From a virus (Duplodnaviria > Caudoviricetes): a DNA stretch of 38,527 nucleotides. The DNA lies in the IMG/VR virus record IMGVR_UViG_3300027798_000002, positions 1 through 38,527 of that record; one strand, 5' to 3'. The notes beneath the pieces are model-generated. The model saw only the letters and a list, made by a program, of their open reading frames with translations, did not search any database and was not told the origin of the DNA. Made by a program: the position numbers and the translations under genes. This document shows, piece by piece, positions 7,142 to 15,565 of the stretch. Within the stretch, counting starts at the first letter, position 1. Every line of letters begins with the position of its first letter.

Positions 7142-8037
7142 ATACAGCAAAATTCTATGACTTAAGCGCCGAACGTGAGCGCAGGAGCAACAGGATGGAG
7201 AACCAGAAGCTTGGTTATGTCCCGTTGTACCGAAGCATCAAGAAGAAACCTTGGGCCAAAGACGTTTTCCTGCGGACTCTGTGGGATAACCTTTTACTGG
7301 ATGCCGCTAGAAAGCCATTCAAAGCGAATTTCAAAGGTCATCAATGGAATCTTCAACCCGGTCAACTGGTCGTTACCTCGGACGATTTAGGGCTTGCGAT
7401 GTGCGACAGGAAAGGAGTTCCAACAAGTCGTCATGCAGTCGAAAGGATGCTGGCATTTTTCGAGAAAGAGGGAATGATTTCAGTGGTCGGAGAGCGTCGA
7501 AAAGGGACGTTAATCACCATCATAAATTACGCCGAATATGCCGAAAAAATAGACGATTTACCCGCGCATAACTCCGCGCATATCAGCGAGCATAACAAAC
7601 CCAGTAACGGCGTGGCTTTGAGTGGTGATGCCGCGCATATCAGCGAGCATAGAAGCGCGCATCATGAACAAGAAGGTAATAACAAGAATATAAATACTAA
7701 CCCCCTTAATCCCCCAAAGGGGAAAGTTAAAGGGTTCGATCCTCTCTCTGTAGAAATCCCTGAATGGCTTAACAAGCAATCTTGGATTGAATGGGTTAGC
7801 TACCGGTCACAATCGAAGAAACCAATCAAGTCGATGCTCACCGTTACCAAAGCGTTCAACCTCCTGAAAGAATGTTTTGACGAGGGACACGACCCATCAG
7901 CAGTAATCGATGCCAGCATAGCCAACAGCTATCAAGGCCTGTTCAAACCGAAGTATCCGATCAGCCGGCAGACTCAAGTTGCCAACAACCAGACTCACTG
8001 GAATGACCGCGAGGCGTGGGAGGAAGAGTTCATATGA
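7138..8037 (+). CDS. O: Replication initiator, O-like
   Basis: MNTAK N-terminus like lambda O, wHTH-like region, internal iterons, C-terminal IPEWL..W.EW..YR...SIANSYQGLF; upstream of P. Confidence 0.85.
   Translation: MNTAKFYDLSAERERRSNRMENQKLGYVPLYRSIKKKPWAKDVFLRTLWDNLLLDAARKPFKANFKGHQWNLQPGQLVVTSDDLGLAMCDRKGVPTSRHAVERMLAFFEKEGMISVVGERRKGTLITIINYAEYAEKIDDLPAHNSAHISEHNKPSNGVALSGDAAHISEHRSAHHEQEGNNKNINTNPLNPPKGKVKGFDPLSVEIPEWLNKQSWIEWVSYRSQSKKPIKSMLTVTKAFNLLKECFDEGHDPSAVIDASIANSYQGLFKPKYPISRQTQVANNQTHWNDREAWEEEFI
7562..7700. repeat. Replication origin: iterons plus AT-rich tract
   Basis: Six 12-bp-spaced (C/G)CG(C/A)GCAT units in two blocks of three; exact 21-mer CCGCGCATATCAGCGAGCATA at 7574 and 7631; A-rich 7670-7700. 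Confidence 0.8.
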
Positions 8038-8729
8038 GCAACTTAACTCGCATTATCGATAATCGTGATAGTTCGGCGCTGGCCCGCATGGTTGGATCTG
8101 CGCCAGAAGCCGTGAAGATGGTGAATCCAGAAGCTGAAAAGATGGTGGATGCGCTATTCAAAAACTTGAAGCAGGTATTCCCGGCTGCCGTATCAACCAC
8201 GTTTCGAAATCCCGCTGATGAAGTGGCTGCCAAGCGACAGTGGATTGCCGCCTTTGCTGAAAACGGTATTCGCAGTCGTGAGCAGTTATCCGCTGGTATG
8301 CAACATGCCCGAGCTAGTGAATCACCATTCTGGCCGTCACCCGGTCAATTCATAGCGTGGTGCAAGAAAGGCGCACTGAAAGTAGCAGGGCTGCCTGATG
8401 CAGATGAGCTTTACGACATGGTGATGGACTATGCCAAGCGTCGTGACATGTTCAGAAGCGCAGAAGCATTCCCTTGGCCCAGCAATCCGGCTTACTGGAT
8501 GGTCACAAAGCTTTATTCACAACAGCGAGTGCAGGGATTATCTGAGCAAGACTTACGAAAGCGTTGCGGCAAAGAGCTGGCTGACATGTCGAAACGCATT
8601 GAAGCTGATGAGCCGATCCCCGCGCCGGTAGTGCAAATCCCCAAACTTCACATACCGGTTAGCAACGAGAAGGCACTGGATCACATTGCTGAACTGCGCG
8701 CTAAGCTGAACATGACGAGGAAATCATGA
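8034..8729 (+). CDS. P: Lambda P-type helicase loader
   Basis: AKRQWIAAFAENGI and FWPSPGQFIAWC motifs. Confidence 0.9.
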   Translation: MSNLTRIIDNRDSSALARMVGSAPEAVKMVNPEAEKMVDALFKNLKQVFPAAVSTTFRNPADEVAAKRQWIAAFAENGIRSREQLSAGMQHARASESPFWPSPGQFIAWCKKGALKVAGLPDADELYDMVMDYAKRRDMFRSAEAFPWPSNPAYWMVTKLYSQQRVQGLSEQDLRKRCGKELADMSKRIEADEPIPAPVVQIPKLHIPVSNEKALDHIAELRAKLNMTRKS

Positions 8730-8971
8730 ACTCCTTAGGCGAATTCATAAAACATCAGATAGAGCAGCAAGAACGCCATGAGCAATCCCTCCGCATTAAA
8801 TTCCTAAGCAAGTTACCTGAAAACACCTTTCAAGCAATTTACGAAGAGTGCTTTGGCGCTGATGAAATCGATGATTGTTCAGGTGCAAGGTACAACGGAA
8901 TTTACTACAGCGAGTGGGATATCTATTTAGCATCACATGAGCGTGACAGTGATGCAGAAGTGCTGCTGTAA
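8726..8971 (+). CDS. Hypothetical protein
   Basis: ATGA-coupled to P. Confidence 0.7.
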   Translation: MNSLGEFIKHQIEQQERHEQSLRIKFLSKLPENTFQAIYEECFGADEIDDCSGARYNGIYYSEWDIYLASHERDSDAEVLL

Positions 8972-8988
8972 ATCAATTAGAGGAAATC

Positions 8989-9306
8989 ATGATGGAAAAG
9001 ACAATCGGACAAGTGCAAGACGAAAACGAATATCTACGCAAGCGGATTAAAGAAATCAATCTGCTTTTCGGTAAAAATCTTTTAGCCATGCAAGCTGCTT
9101 GCATTGAGGCAGAACATGGAAAGGGCGACAAGGTTGCCATGTCATGGATATTTAACACGCTACTTGGCCCTGGTGAATTTGCGCCTGACGAAGAGAAAGA
9201 CGCTCAAGCTTACTTCGACCGTGAATTTAAAATTATCGATAAAGAACTCAGTGATGTTTACGACTGGTTCCATGAGCGCCGCAAGCGTGAAGAGGTGAAA
9301 GCATGA
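8989..9306 (+). CDS. Hypothetical protein (Ead/Ea-like motif)
   Basis: AMQAACIE...AMSWIFNTL..PG motif; GAGG RBS. Confidence 0.7.
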   Translation: MMEKTIGQVQDENEYLRKRIKEINLLFGKNLLAMQAACIEAEHGKGDKVAMSWIFNTLLGPGEFAPDEEKDAQAYFDREFKIIDKELSDVYDWFHERRKREEVKA

Positions 9307-9584
9307 TGGACATAACTAAATCGCGGGAAGAGTTTCACAAATGGCTTGAAGAAGTTCATGGGCTATATGGCGAAGATATTGATTGGCAGCCAGAGAGAAA
9401 CTGCTATCGAATTTTTGGCATCCATTTGGCGTGGTGTGCATGGCAAGCCAGCCGTGAAAGCATTGAGGTGGAGTTGCCAACACAAGATGAATATGACGAC
9501 CCACTGTCGGCATACAACGCCATTAGCGACTGCAAAAAAATCCTCCGCACTGCCGGTATTCGAATCAAGGGAGAGAGTGAATGA
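9303..9584 (+). CDS. Hypothetical nin-region protein
   Basis: SREEF...AWCAWQASRESIEVELP...AGIRIKG recurrent phage motif. Confidence 0.75.
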   Translation: MMDITKSREEFHKWLEEVHGLYGEDIDWQPERNCYRIFGIHLAWCAWQASRESIEVELPTQDEYDDPLSAYNAISDCKKILRTAGIRIKGESE

Positions 9585-9736
9585 AAACAACGGAAGCCGT
9601 AATGTGCGTAGCATGCAGATATCACCACTTGAAGCTAGAGAGGGTTGTCATGAGTGATGAGTCTTCTGGCACCAAGAGAAAATGCTGCCCAAAGTGTGGC
9701 TGTGGCGGGTTTATTAACGTTGAGGTAAAGCCATGA
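9581..9736 (+). CDS. Small zinc-ribbon protein (51 aa)
   Basis: CVAC...CPKCG; coupled on both sides; not in the ORF track. Confidence 0.65.
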   Translation: MKTTEAVMCVACRYHHLKLERVVMSDESSGTKRKCCPKCGCGGFINVEVKP

Positions 9737-10221
9737 AAGAGTTAGATAGTTTCACTGTAGAGAGACTTGAAGAGTTAGCTAGAGCAAAAATGATTTCTGG
9801 TCATGATATCGCCGATATCCGAGCACTTGCCGCCATCGCGTTAGCTGCAAAGAGGGCTGAGCCGTGGGGGTATGAAGTGTCCGGAAAGTTATTCAATAGT
9901 ATTTTTGCAGCCGGTAATTACGCCAGCGAAATGAGATGCGATACGTTGGCACTCTACACCACCCCACAGTTGAACTCTCAAGTCCCGCTTGGTAGTTGGA
10001 TTAAGTGCAGTGACTGTAGGCCGGAAGATGATGACTTTGTACTTATCTGGCCGCTTCCTGATTTTGGGGTTGAGCTTCATGTCGGGCAGTACATTAAATA
10101 CCATGCGAATGGCCCAGGTTGGTTTGCTCAGGTGTACGAGTACAATTACGGCATTGAGTTTTATCCCATTACTGTAACTCACTGGATGCCACTACCATCC
10201 GCGCCGGAGAAGCCACTATGA
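9733..10221 (+). CDS. DUF551-type (Eaa-like) protein
   Basis: WIKCSD..P and VTHWMPLPSAP motifs. Confidence 0.8.
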   Translation: MKELDSFTVERLEELARAKMISGHDIADIRALAAIALAAKRAEPWGYEVSGKLFNSIFAAGNYASEMRCDTLALYTTPQLNSQVPLGSWIKCSDCRPEDDDFVLIWPLPDFGVELHVGQYIKYHANGPGWFAQVYEYNYGIEFYPITVTHWMPLPSAPEKPL

Positions 10222-10307
10222 CCAGTGATTGGTGCTCTTTTTTCGGTGTCATATGCGCTTGGATATTCTTCGCATGGTTAATTTGGCTAACTCACCCAAG
10301 CAGGTAG
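10218..10307 (+). CDS. Tiny membrane peptide (29 aa)
   Basis: MTSDWCSFFGVICAWIFFAWLIWLTHPSR; GGAG RBS, ATGA coupling. Confidence 0.5.
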   Translation: MTSDWCSFFGVICAWIFFAWLIWLTHPSR

Positions 10308-10314
10308 ATATTTA

Positions 10315-10764
10315 ATGCAAATCGAAATGGTCAAGAATGCCGGTGGCGTTTTTGTTCCAGCATTCGATCATGACTTACCCAGGTTAACTAAGTTCAAAAA
10401 CGGCGAGATGTACACCGCCGACATTAAGCTAACTCGCAACCCCGCTTTTCACCGAAAGATGTTCGCCTTCTTCAACTTCTGCTTTGCTCACTGGGCAGCG
10501 GAAAATGCCGGTTATGAATTCACAGACGAATATACCCAGAAAGAAGAATTCAGGAAGAACCTGACTATTCTGGCTGGATTTTTTGACGTCGTGACAACCA
10601 TCAAAGGCGAGACAAAGGTGAGGGCAAAGAGCTTGGCTTACGCGAACATGGAGCCTGATGAGTTCGAACGCTGCTACAACGCAATGGTTAACGCCGCAAT
10701 AAAACACCTGTTCGGTCGTACGACTGACCAGAACATTATCAACCAACTTTATAGCTACTTCTGA
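10315..10764 (+). CDS. DUF1367/NinB-related protein
   Basis: RNPAFHRKMFAFF and KSLAYANMEPDEF motifs; nin position. Confidence 0.8.
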   Translation: MQIEMVKNAGGVFVPAFDHDLPRLTKFKNGEMYTADIKLTRNPAFHRKMFAFFNFCFAHWAAENAGYEFTDEYTQKEEFRKNLTILAGFFDVVTTIKGETKVRAKSLAYANMEPDEFERCYNAMVNAAIKHLFGRTTDQNIINQLYSYF

Positions 10765-10773
10765 GGTGGCAGC

Positions 10774-10956
10774 ATGATTACTCTGATATTAGTCGCAGCT
10801 TATTTCTGGATGGCTGGCGTTGTATCTGAATGGGCTCATGACATTCAAGGCCGTGAAGAAACCTTCTCTGGATATGCAATGGCTATATGCATGGGACTTA
10901 CATGGCCCTATTGGATTTTCCTGTACAAATCAGGAGGGCAGCATGAGGAGAAATAA
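10774..10956 (+). CDS. Small membrane protein
   Basis: Two hydrophobic segments, GAGG RBS. Confidence 0.65.
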   Translation: MITLILVAAYFWMAGVVSEWAHDIQGREETFSGYAMAICMGLTWPYWIFLYKSGGQHEEK

Positions 10957-11677
10957 AATTGAGAGTATTCGGGATAAGTTAATAAAGATATTACAGAAGT
11001 ATCCAAAAGAGAAATTTAGTTTTTATGCAATAAAATTCGAAGAGATGGGGCTTCCTACTACATCACTTGGGACTGCATTAAATAATTTATATAAATCCAA
11101 AGCGCTTATACGGGAAGGGAAGCGAGGAAGTTATATTTACGAGTTTACAGAGCCCGAAGAAGAAAAAGATCCGTATAAAAAAAGAGAAAACATCACCCCT
11201 GAATTTCTTATTTCTAGATTTATATACGACCCTGAAACCGGTTCATTTAAAAGAAAACATTGCTCGTATAAGCGTTTAATTGGAACTGACCCATGCTTCA
11301 TTCGCGGAGGTTATAGCTGCATATCAATTAAAGGTAACACGTTTCTCTCTCATCGAGTTGCTTGGGCAATGTCTTATGGTAAGTGGCCCAAGGAGTTTAT
11401 AGACCATATTAATGGGGTAAGAAACGACAATCGGCTAATCAATCTACGAGAAGCAACAAGCGCACAAAACAACCACAATGTAAGGGCTCCAGTTAAGTCA
11501 AAAACAGGATTTCGCGGAGTTGATTATATGGAGAGAAAAGGAAAGTGGAGAGCAAGAATAAAGATTAATGGAAAAATGAAACAAATAGGAACCTTTAATT
11601 CCCCAGAAGACGCGGGGCAAGCATATGCTTCATACGCTAAAAATCTACGAGGGGAATTTTACAAGGAGCCAATATAA
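10943..11677 (+). CDS. HNH-AP2 homing endonuclease with N-terminal winged-helix-like domain
   Basis: HRVAW..IDHINGVRNDNRLINLR (HNH), TGFRGV..KWRARI..IGTF..A (AP2); start behind AGGAGG. Confidence 0.85.
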   Translation: MRRNKIESIRDKLIKILQKYPKEKFSFYAIKFEEMGLPTTSLGTALNNLYKSKALIREGKRGSYIYEFTEPEEEKDPYKKRENITPEFLISRFIYDPETGSFKRKHCSYKRLIGTDPCFIRGGYSCISIKGNTFLSHRVAWAMSYGKWPKEFIDHINGVRNDNRLINLREATSAQNNHNVRAPVKSKTGFRGVDYMERKGKWRARIKINGKMKQIGTFNSPEDAGQAYASYAKNLRGEFYKEPI

Positions 11678-11679
11678 TA

Positions 11680-11842
11680 ATGCAAAAATCTCCGACATTA
11701 ATAGCCATAGACAACTTGATATTCCGCAAGACCTCTCGAACCAAGCCTAAACCCCCAATCCCCCGCCAGCGAAATACCCACATATGACCACATATGCGTT
11801 TTGCTGCGCGCCAAATTCGACAGAGTAAGGAGAGCGCGATGA
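11680..11842 (+). pseudogene. ninE: NinE-like gene with +1 frameshift in a C5 run
   Basis: Removing one C at 11760-11764 gives ...KPKPPIPASEIPTYDHICVLLRAKFDRVRRAR, ending in an ATGA overlap with the next gene. Confidence 0.6.
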
Positions 11843-12198
11843 AAAACTATTCAACAATGAGTGATTTTGAGGTTAACAAGGCGGTGGCAATTCATCTCGG
11901 CATGAAGCCTTTTGACGAGGAAACAGGCTGGCGGGGATTAACTAAGGAGCCGTATGTCGATGTTATCGTAAGAGGCGCAGGGAGGCTGGGCGGATTCAAT
12001 CCCTGCAACAAACCTGCCGATGCATATCCCATCATGCTTGAGTATGGCATTGGCATTGATTATGACGGCATCTCATGGACTGCCAGTGATTGGCGCGAAA
12101 ATAAATATAGCGACTGGAAAAATTATCCAGAGAGTCCGCTACGGCTGGCAATGATTGTATTCCTGATGATGAAAGACAGGGAGAGCAGCCATGCCTGA
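11839..12198 (+). CDS. ninX: NinX-like protein
   Basis: YSTMSDFEVNKAVA, FNPCNKPADAYPI, PLRLAMIVFLMM motifs. Confidence 0.8.
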   Translation: MKNYSTMSDFEVNKAVAIHLGMKPFDEETGWRGLTKEPYVDVIVRGAGRLGGFNPCNKPADAYPIMLEYGIGIDYDGISWTASDWRENKYSDWKNYPESPLRLAMIVFLMMKDRESSHA

Positions 12199-12340
12199 AC
12201 TTCCCCAATCAATATGCGCATTCTGTCTGGCCCCGCTAAAGCCAGATGAAGTTTATTCCTGCGACCAATGCGAGCGTGAAAACGCTTCAATAGAAATGTT
12301 GGAGGAAGCTGATGATAAACAAGCTGCCGAATCATCGTAA
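12191..12340 (+). CDS. ninF: NinF-like zinc-binding protein (49 aa)
   Basis: CAFC..L.PDEVYSCDQC; directly before ninG. Confidence 0.65.
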   Translation: MPELPQSICAFCLAPLKPDEVYSCDQCERENASIEMLEEADDKQAAESS

Positions 12341-12947
12341 CTGCAAAGTATGCAAAACGAGGTTCAAGCCTGACCGCATAGAAACGTGGTGGTGCTGTCC
12401 AGAGCATCGAGAAGAGTACGCCATACTTTTATACCGAAAAGACCGTGAGCGAAGGCAGAAGAAGAAATCAGTAGCAGATAAGCAGTTAGCTAAGACACAG
12501 AAAGACGAATTGAAAGCCAGGAGGGAGAAGTTAAAGACCAAACCTCAACGAATGGCAGAGGCCCAAGCAGCATTTAACAAGTATGTGAGGCTCAAATATT
12601 TAGGCACCCCCTGCATAAGTTGCGGCAGGTACCCAGAACAGAAGTACGGCGGGACGATGGAATGTGGTCACTATCGAAGCCGCGGCGCAGCACCACACCT
12701 CCGATTTAATCTTCACAACACTGGATCCCAATGCGTTTATTGCAATCGACACCTAAGCGGCAACGTAGCCGGTTTCAGAATAGGGCTTATCGAGCGTGAC
12801 GGCTTGGATAAGGTTCAGGAAATAGATTCAAACCAAAAAACCCGCAAGTTCGACATTCCATATCTAATCCGCATTAAAACCATCTTTACCAAAAAAGCCA
12901 AGATGCTTGAGAAAAGGCGATCCCATTTTCAGGAGGTAGCATCATGA
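12312..12947 (+). CDS. ninG: NinG/Rap junction endonuclease
   Basis: CKVC..F, AQAAFNKYVR, PCISCG, CGHYRSRGAAPHLRF, QCVYCN motifs. Confidence 0.92.
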   Translation: MINKLPNHRNCKVCKTRFKPDRIETWWCCPEHREEYAILLYRKDRERRQKKKSVADKQLAKTQKDELKARREKLKTKPQRMAEAQAAFNKYVRLKYLGTPCISCGRYPEQKYGGTMECGHYRSRGAAPHLRFNLHNTGSQCVYCNRHLSGNVAGFRIGLIERDGLDKVQEIDSNQKTRKFDIPYLIRIKTIFTKKAKMLEKRRSHFQEVAS

Positions 12948-13010
12948 GTTTTTAATAACCAAGAAATTGAAATATACTGCTAATGTAAACAAATAAAAGC
13001 AGGGGTTGAT

Positions 13011-13523
13011 ATGAGCAAGAAAAAAGCCGGGATAGTGTGCTCGGTCACCGCAATCATTGCGATTATCACGACGCAATACACTGACCAGGTAAAGGTATCT
13101 AAGCAGGGACTCGAATTGATTGGCAATTCCGAATCATGTAGGCGAGATCCTTACTACTGTCCAGCCAATGTCCTTACGGTAGGCGTTGGATCAACCACAG
13201 GGAAAATCGACCCAAGTAAAATTTACTCAGATTCTGAGATAGCAGAGCGATGGGTAAAAGATATCATGTCAGCGCAAGACTGCGTTGAGAAGTATGCCAA
13301 TGGCCGCAAGATGAAGCAAGGTCAGTATGATACCACGGTATCAATTACCTTTAATGCTGGGTGTGGAAGGATGCAGAAATCGACCATGTTCAAACTATTC
13401 AGGCAGGGTGAATTTATAAAAGGCTGTAATGAATTCCCGCGCTGGGTATATGGAGGTGGAAAAGTCCTTCCTGGACTGGTAATCCGCAGAGAGGCTGAGA
13501 AGAAACTATGCCTAAGCTCATAA
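13011..13523 (+). CDS. SAR-type endolysin (GH24 lysozyme)
   Basis: Basic plus weakly hydrophobic N-terminus; E-x8-C-x5-T catalytic triad variant (ESCRRDPYYCPANVLT); GLVIRREAE. Confidence 0.9.
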   Translation: MSKKKAGIVCSVTAIIAIITTQYTDQVKVSKQGLELIGNSESCRRDPYYCPANVLTVGVGSTTGKIDPSKIYSDSEIAERWVKDIMSAQDCVEKYANGRKMKQGQYDTTVSITFNAGCGRMQKSTMFKLFRQGEFIKGCNEFPRWVYGGGKVLPGLVIRREAEKKLCLSS

Positions 13524-13696
13524 GCAACTGGAAGAAATCTCACAAACTAACCTCAATGCAGATCCTAGCGATTGCAGCAGCGGTTGAAGCGATTAACGAA
13601 GTTATATCTGACGTTATCCCCAGGTGGATATCACTGGCGCTTATCCTTGGTGCTATGATGGCCAGGCTGGTGGTGCAGGAGAGCATGACTAAATGA
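13508..13696 (+). CDS. Putative holin/pinholin (62 aa, two TM segments)
   Basis: Hydrophobicity and position between endolysin and spanins. Confidence 0.6.
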   Translation: MPKLISNWKKSHKLTSMQILAIAAAVEAINEVISDVIPRWISLALILGAMMARLVVQESMTK

Positions 13697-14022
13697 AATA
13701 TATCTGGTTATTGATTTTGGCTGTTTCTATGTACTCATTCGGATGGTTCTCTCATGGGTGGTATATCGACTCAATAAAACTATCTGAGATTAAAAAAGAT
13801 ATCTCCATTGTAGAAGAGGTTAAAACTGATGTCGCAAATAATGAGACAAAGGCCGCAGGAGTTAAAATTATCACCGAGACTAAATACAAAGTCATTAACC
13901 GAGATGTTGTCAGGTATTTGCAAAGTCCTGATCGGAATGTCTGTAATTATGACGCTAACCGGGTGCGCGCCAAGCAAGACGCTATTGACGCCGCCAATTC
14001 CATCAGCAGATTTACTCACTGA
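13693..14022 (+). CDS. Rz: Inner-membrane spanin
   Basis: N-terminal TM helix, periplasmic Cys, overlapped by a lipoprotein gene. Confidence 0.7.
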   Translation: MKYIWLLILAVSMYSFGWFSHGWYIDSIKLSEIKKDISIVEEVKTDVANNETKAAGVKIITETKYKVINRDVVRYLQSPDRNVCNYDANRVRAKQDAIDAANSISRFTH

Positions 14023-14176
14023 GCCGTGCAAGGCAAGCGATTCCGGTAAAAACAGCGATGATGAACTACAGTCAGATATAGAGACATTAAAATGCCTGGC
14101 TGAGCTAAGAGCTGACAAATACCGATGGCAAGCGTTTTATAAATCAACTCGTGCTGGTATGATAACCAAACACTAA
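13904..14176 (+). CDS. Rz1: Outer-membrane spanin lipoprotein
   Basis: Lipobox LTGC followed by Pro-rich PPIPSADLLTEPC; overlaps Rz in another frame. Confidence 0.7.
   Translation: MLSGICKVLIGMSVIMTLTGCAPSKTLLTPPIPSADLLTEPCKASDSGKNSDDELQSDIETLKCLAELRADKYRWQAFYKSTRAGMITKH
14155..14163 (+). promoter_or_regulatory. Candidate extended -10 promoter
   Basis: TG-G-TATGAT about 27 bp before a strong RBS/ATG. Confidence 0.4.
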
Positions 14177-14189
14177 ATAGGAGATTTAT

Positions 14190-14336
14190 ATGGCACGAGC
14201 AACTGGCCCGAAGAAAGGCGCTGATTTCTTTAATGGGAGAAGCACAAAAAATGATACCAAATCTGGCAAACAGCCCAAGCCTATTGCTGTCGCTAGCAAT
14301 CGCACTGGCCGTAAGTCAGGTACTCGCTCAGCGTAA
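14190..14336 (+). CDS. Small basic protein (48 aa, MARATGPKKG...)
   Basis: Strong AGGAG RBS, K/R-rich; not in the ORF track. Confidence 0.6.
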   Translation: MARATGPKKGADFFNGRSTKNDTKSGKQPKPIAVASNRTGRKSGTRSA

Positions 14337-14340
14337 GTCA

Positions 14341-14736
14341 GTGGCAGCCATTACGGTGGCTGCATACTTCTTCCTGACTGCCATCCTGAATAGCATCATG
14401 CTTAAATGGCCTATAGGGTCACAAATAATCTACCTGCATTACATCCTCTCGTACCTTTCATTGATTATTTATATCGTCTCACAGAGAAATACTTCAGTTA
14501 TTGATAAGATAGCCTGTTGGATTTATTTGCTGCTTATGATAGATACGTTTATTATGATACTTGACTACATATTTTATCCAACTACTGACACCTGGTTCTA
14601 TTTGAATGATCAGTACATCCAGGTATCGGCTGATGCAATACTTTTAATTCTGGGGGCCATCGCCAGTGCCTTACCAAAATACAATGGCAGCACTAATTCT
14701 AATGGCGGGGACAGTAGCCATTATCATAGGAGTTAG
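14341..14736 (+). CDS. Multi-pass membrane protein (start uncertain, 14233-14341)
   Basis: About four hydrophobic helices, AT-rich. Confidence 0.6.
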   Translation: MAAITVAAYFFLTAILNSIMLKWPIGSQIIYLHYILSYLSLIIYIVSQRNTSVIDKIACWIYLLLMIDTFIMILDYIFYPTTDTWFYLNDQYIQVSADAILLILGAIASALPKYNGSTNSNGGDSSHYHRS

Positions 14737-14756
14737 GGCGCTATGGAGACTACACC

Positions 14757-15095
14757 ATGCAGGCAGAAGAGCAGCGACTAAGATCGGAGATGTCGGAGCT
14801 AAGGGTCATGCACCGAGAGTCGATGAGTGCAACAAATAAGCTCACCGAAAATATAGGGCAGCTTACTACCGAAATTCGCGTCCTAGTCTCAAAGTCAGAG
14901 CAGCATACGAAAGATATCTCAGATATCCGTGATAATGGCAAGATGGTAAGTGAAAGAGTGAGGGGTATCGAGCTGGTTATGGCCGAGCAAAAGCCACTTC
15001 ACGAAGCGATAAAGTCAATCCGGAATACATGCATCGGTCTGATAATTAGCGGACTATGTGGCATGGCATTCTTTTACATTAAATTCTCATCATGA
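14757..15095 (+). CDS. Coiled-coil protein with C-terminal TM (XhlA-like architecture)
   Basis: Heptad pattern then a terminal hydrophobic helix; GGAG RBS. Confidence 0.65.
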   Translation: MQAEEQRLRSEMSELRVMHRESMSATNKLTENIGQLTTEIRVLVSKSEQHTKDISDIRDNGKMVSERVRGIELVMAEQKPLHEAIKSIRNTCIGLIISGLCGMAFFYIKFSS

Positions 15096-15106
15096 AGGTA
15101 ACCTAT

Positions 15107-15556
15107 ATGTCGACTCAATATTCTAAAAACCCCACTCAAGGCAGAAAAGAATTGGACGAAAGTATTCAGTTAGACCCGCCACGCGCAGGAATGGTTAAGT
15201 ACATCAAGACGGCAATCGAAGAAGGGTATCAGCCTGAGCATGAAGGCTCAGTAGCCGACCTGAATGTAATAGATAGTCTTGGTGATAACTCGCTAAACCG
15301 TGAGTTTGGTAAGTGCTGGCAGTGGTACAACATGGGTGGATTGAACGAAACACTCCAAAAACAAGTGAACTTTGAAAAAGAACACAGATCTACCTTTGCC
15401 TATGATTCATCCGCATTTGAAAATGCAGCTAAGCCATTAATTAAGTGGCTAAACGATAATGCAAACCCTCATGCGTCTGTGGTTGTAGATGCAGGCAGCG
15501 CAACACTATTCACCGGCGAACTGTATGTCCATACCGATGAGTATTTGAAAGATTAA
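15107..15556 (+). CDS. Hypothetical protein
   Basis: C-terminal AAKPLIKWL.DN.NPH motif recurrent in phage proteins. Confidence 0.7.
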   Translation: MSTQYSKNPTQGRKELDESIQLDPPRAGMVKYIKTAIEEGYQPEHEGSVADLNVIDSLGDNSLNREFGKCWQWYNMGGLNETLQKQVNFEKEHRSTFAYDSSAFENAAKPLIKWLNDNANPHASVVVDAGSATLFTGELYVHTDEYLKD

Positions 15557-15565
15557 GTAGATATC

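Noticed and set aside
7562-7665. Short repeats as a CRISPR mini-array
   Set aside because: 12 bp period, no unique spacers, in frame within O; fits iterons
13666-13673. Chi-like GCTGGTGG
   Set aside because: An isolated occurrence in coding sequence is expected by chance, and the host is unknown
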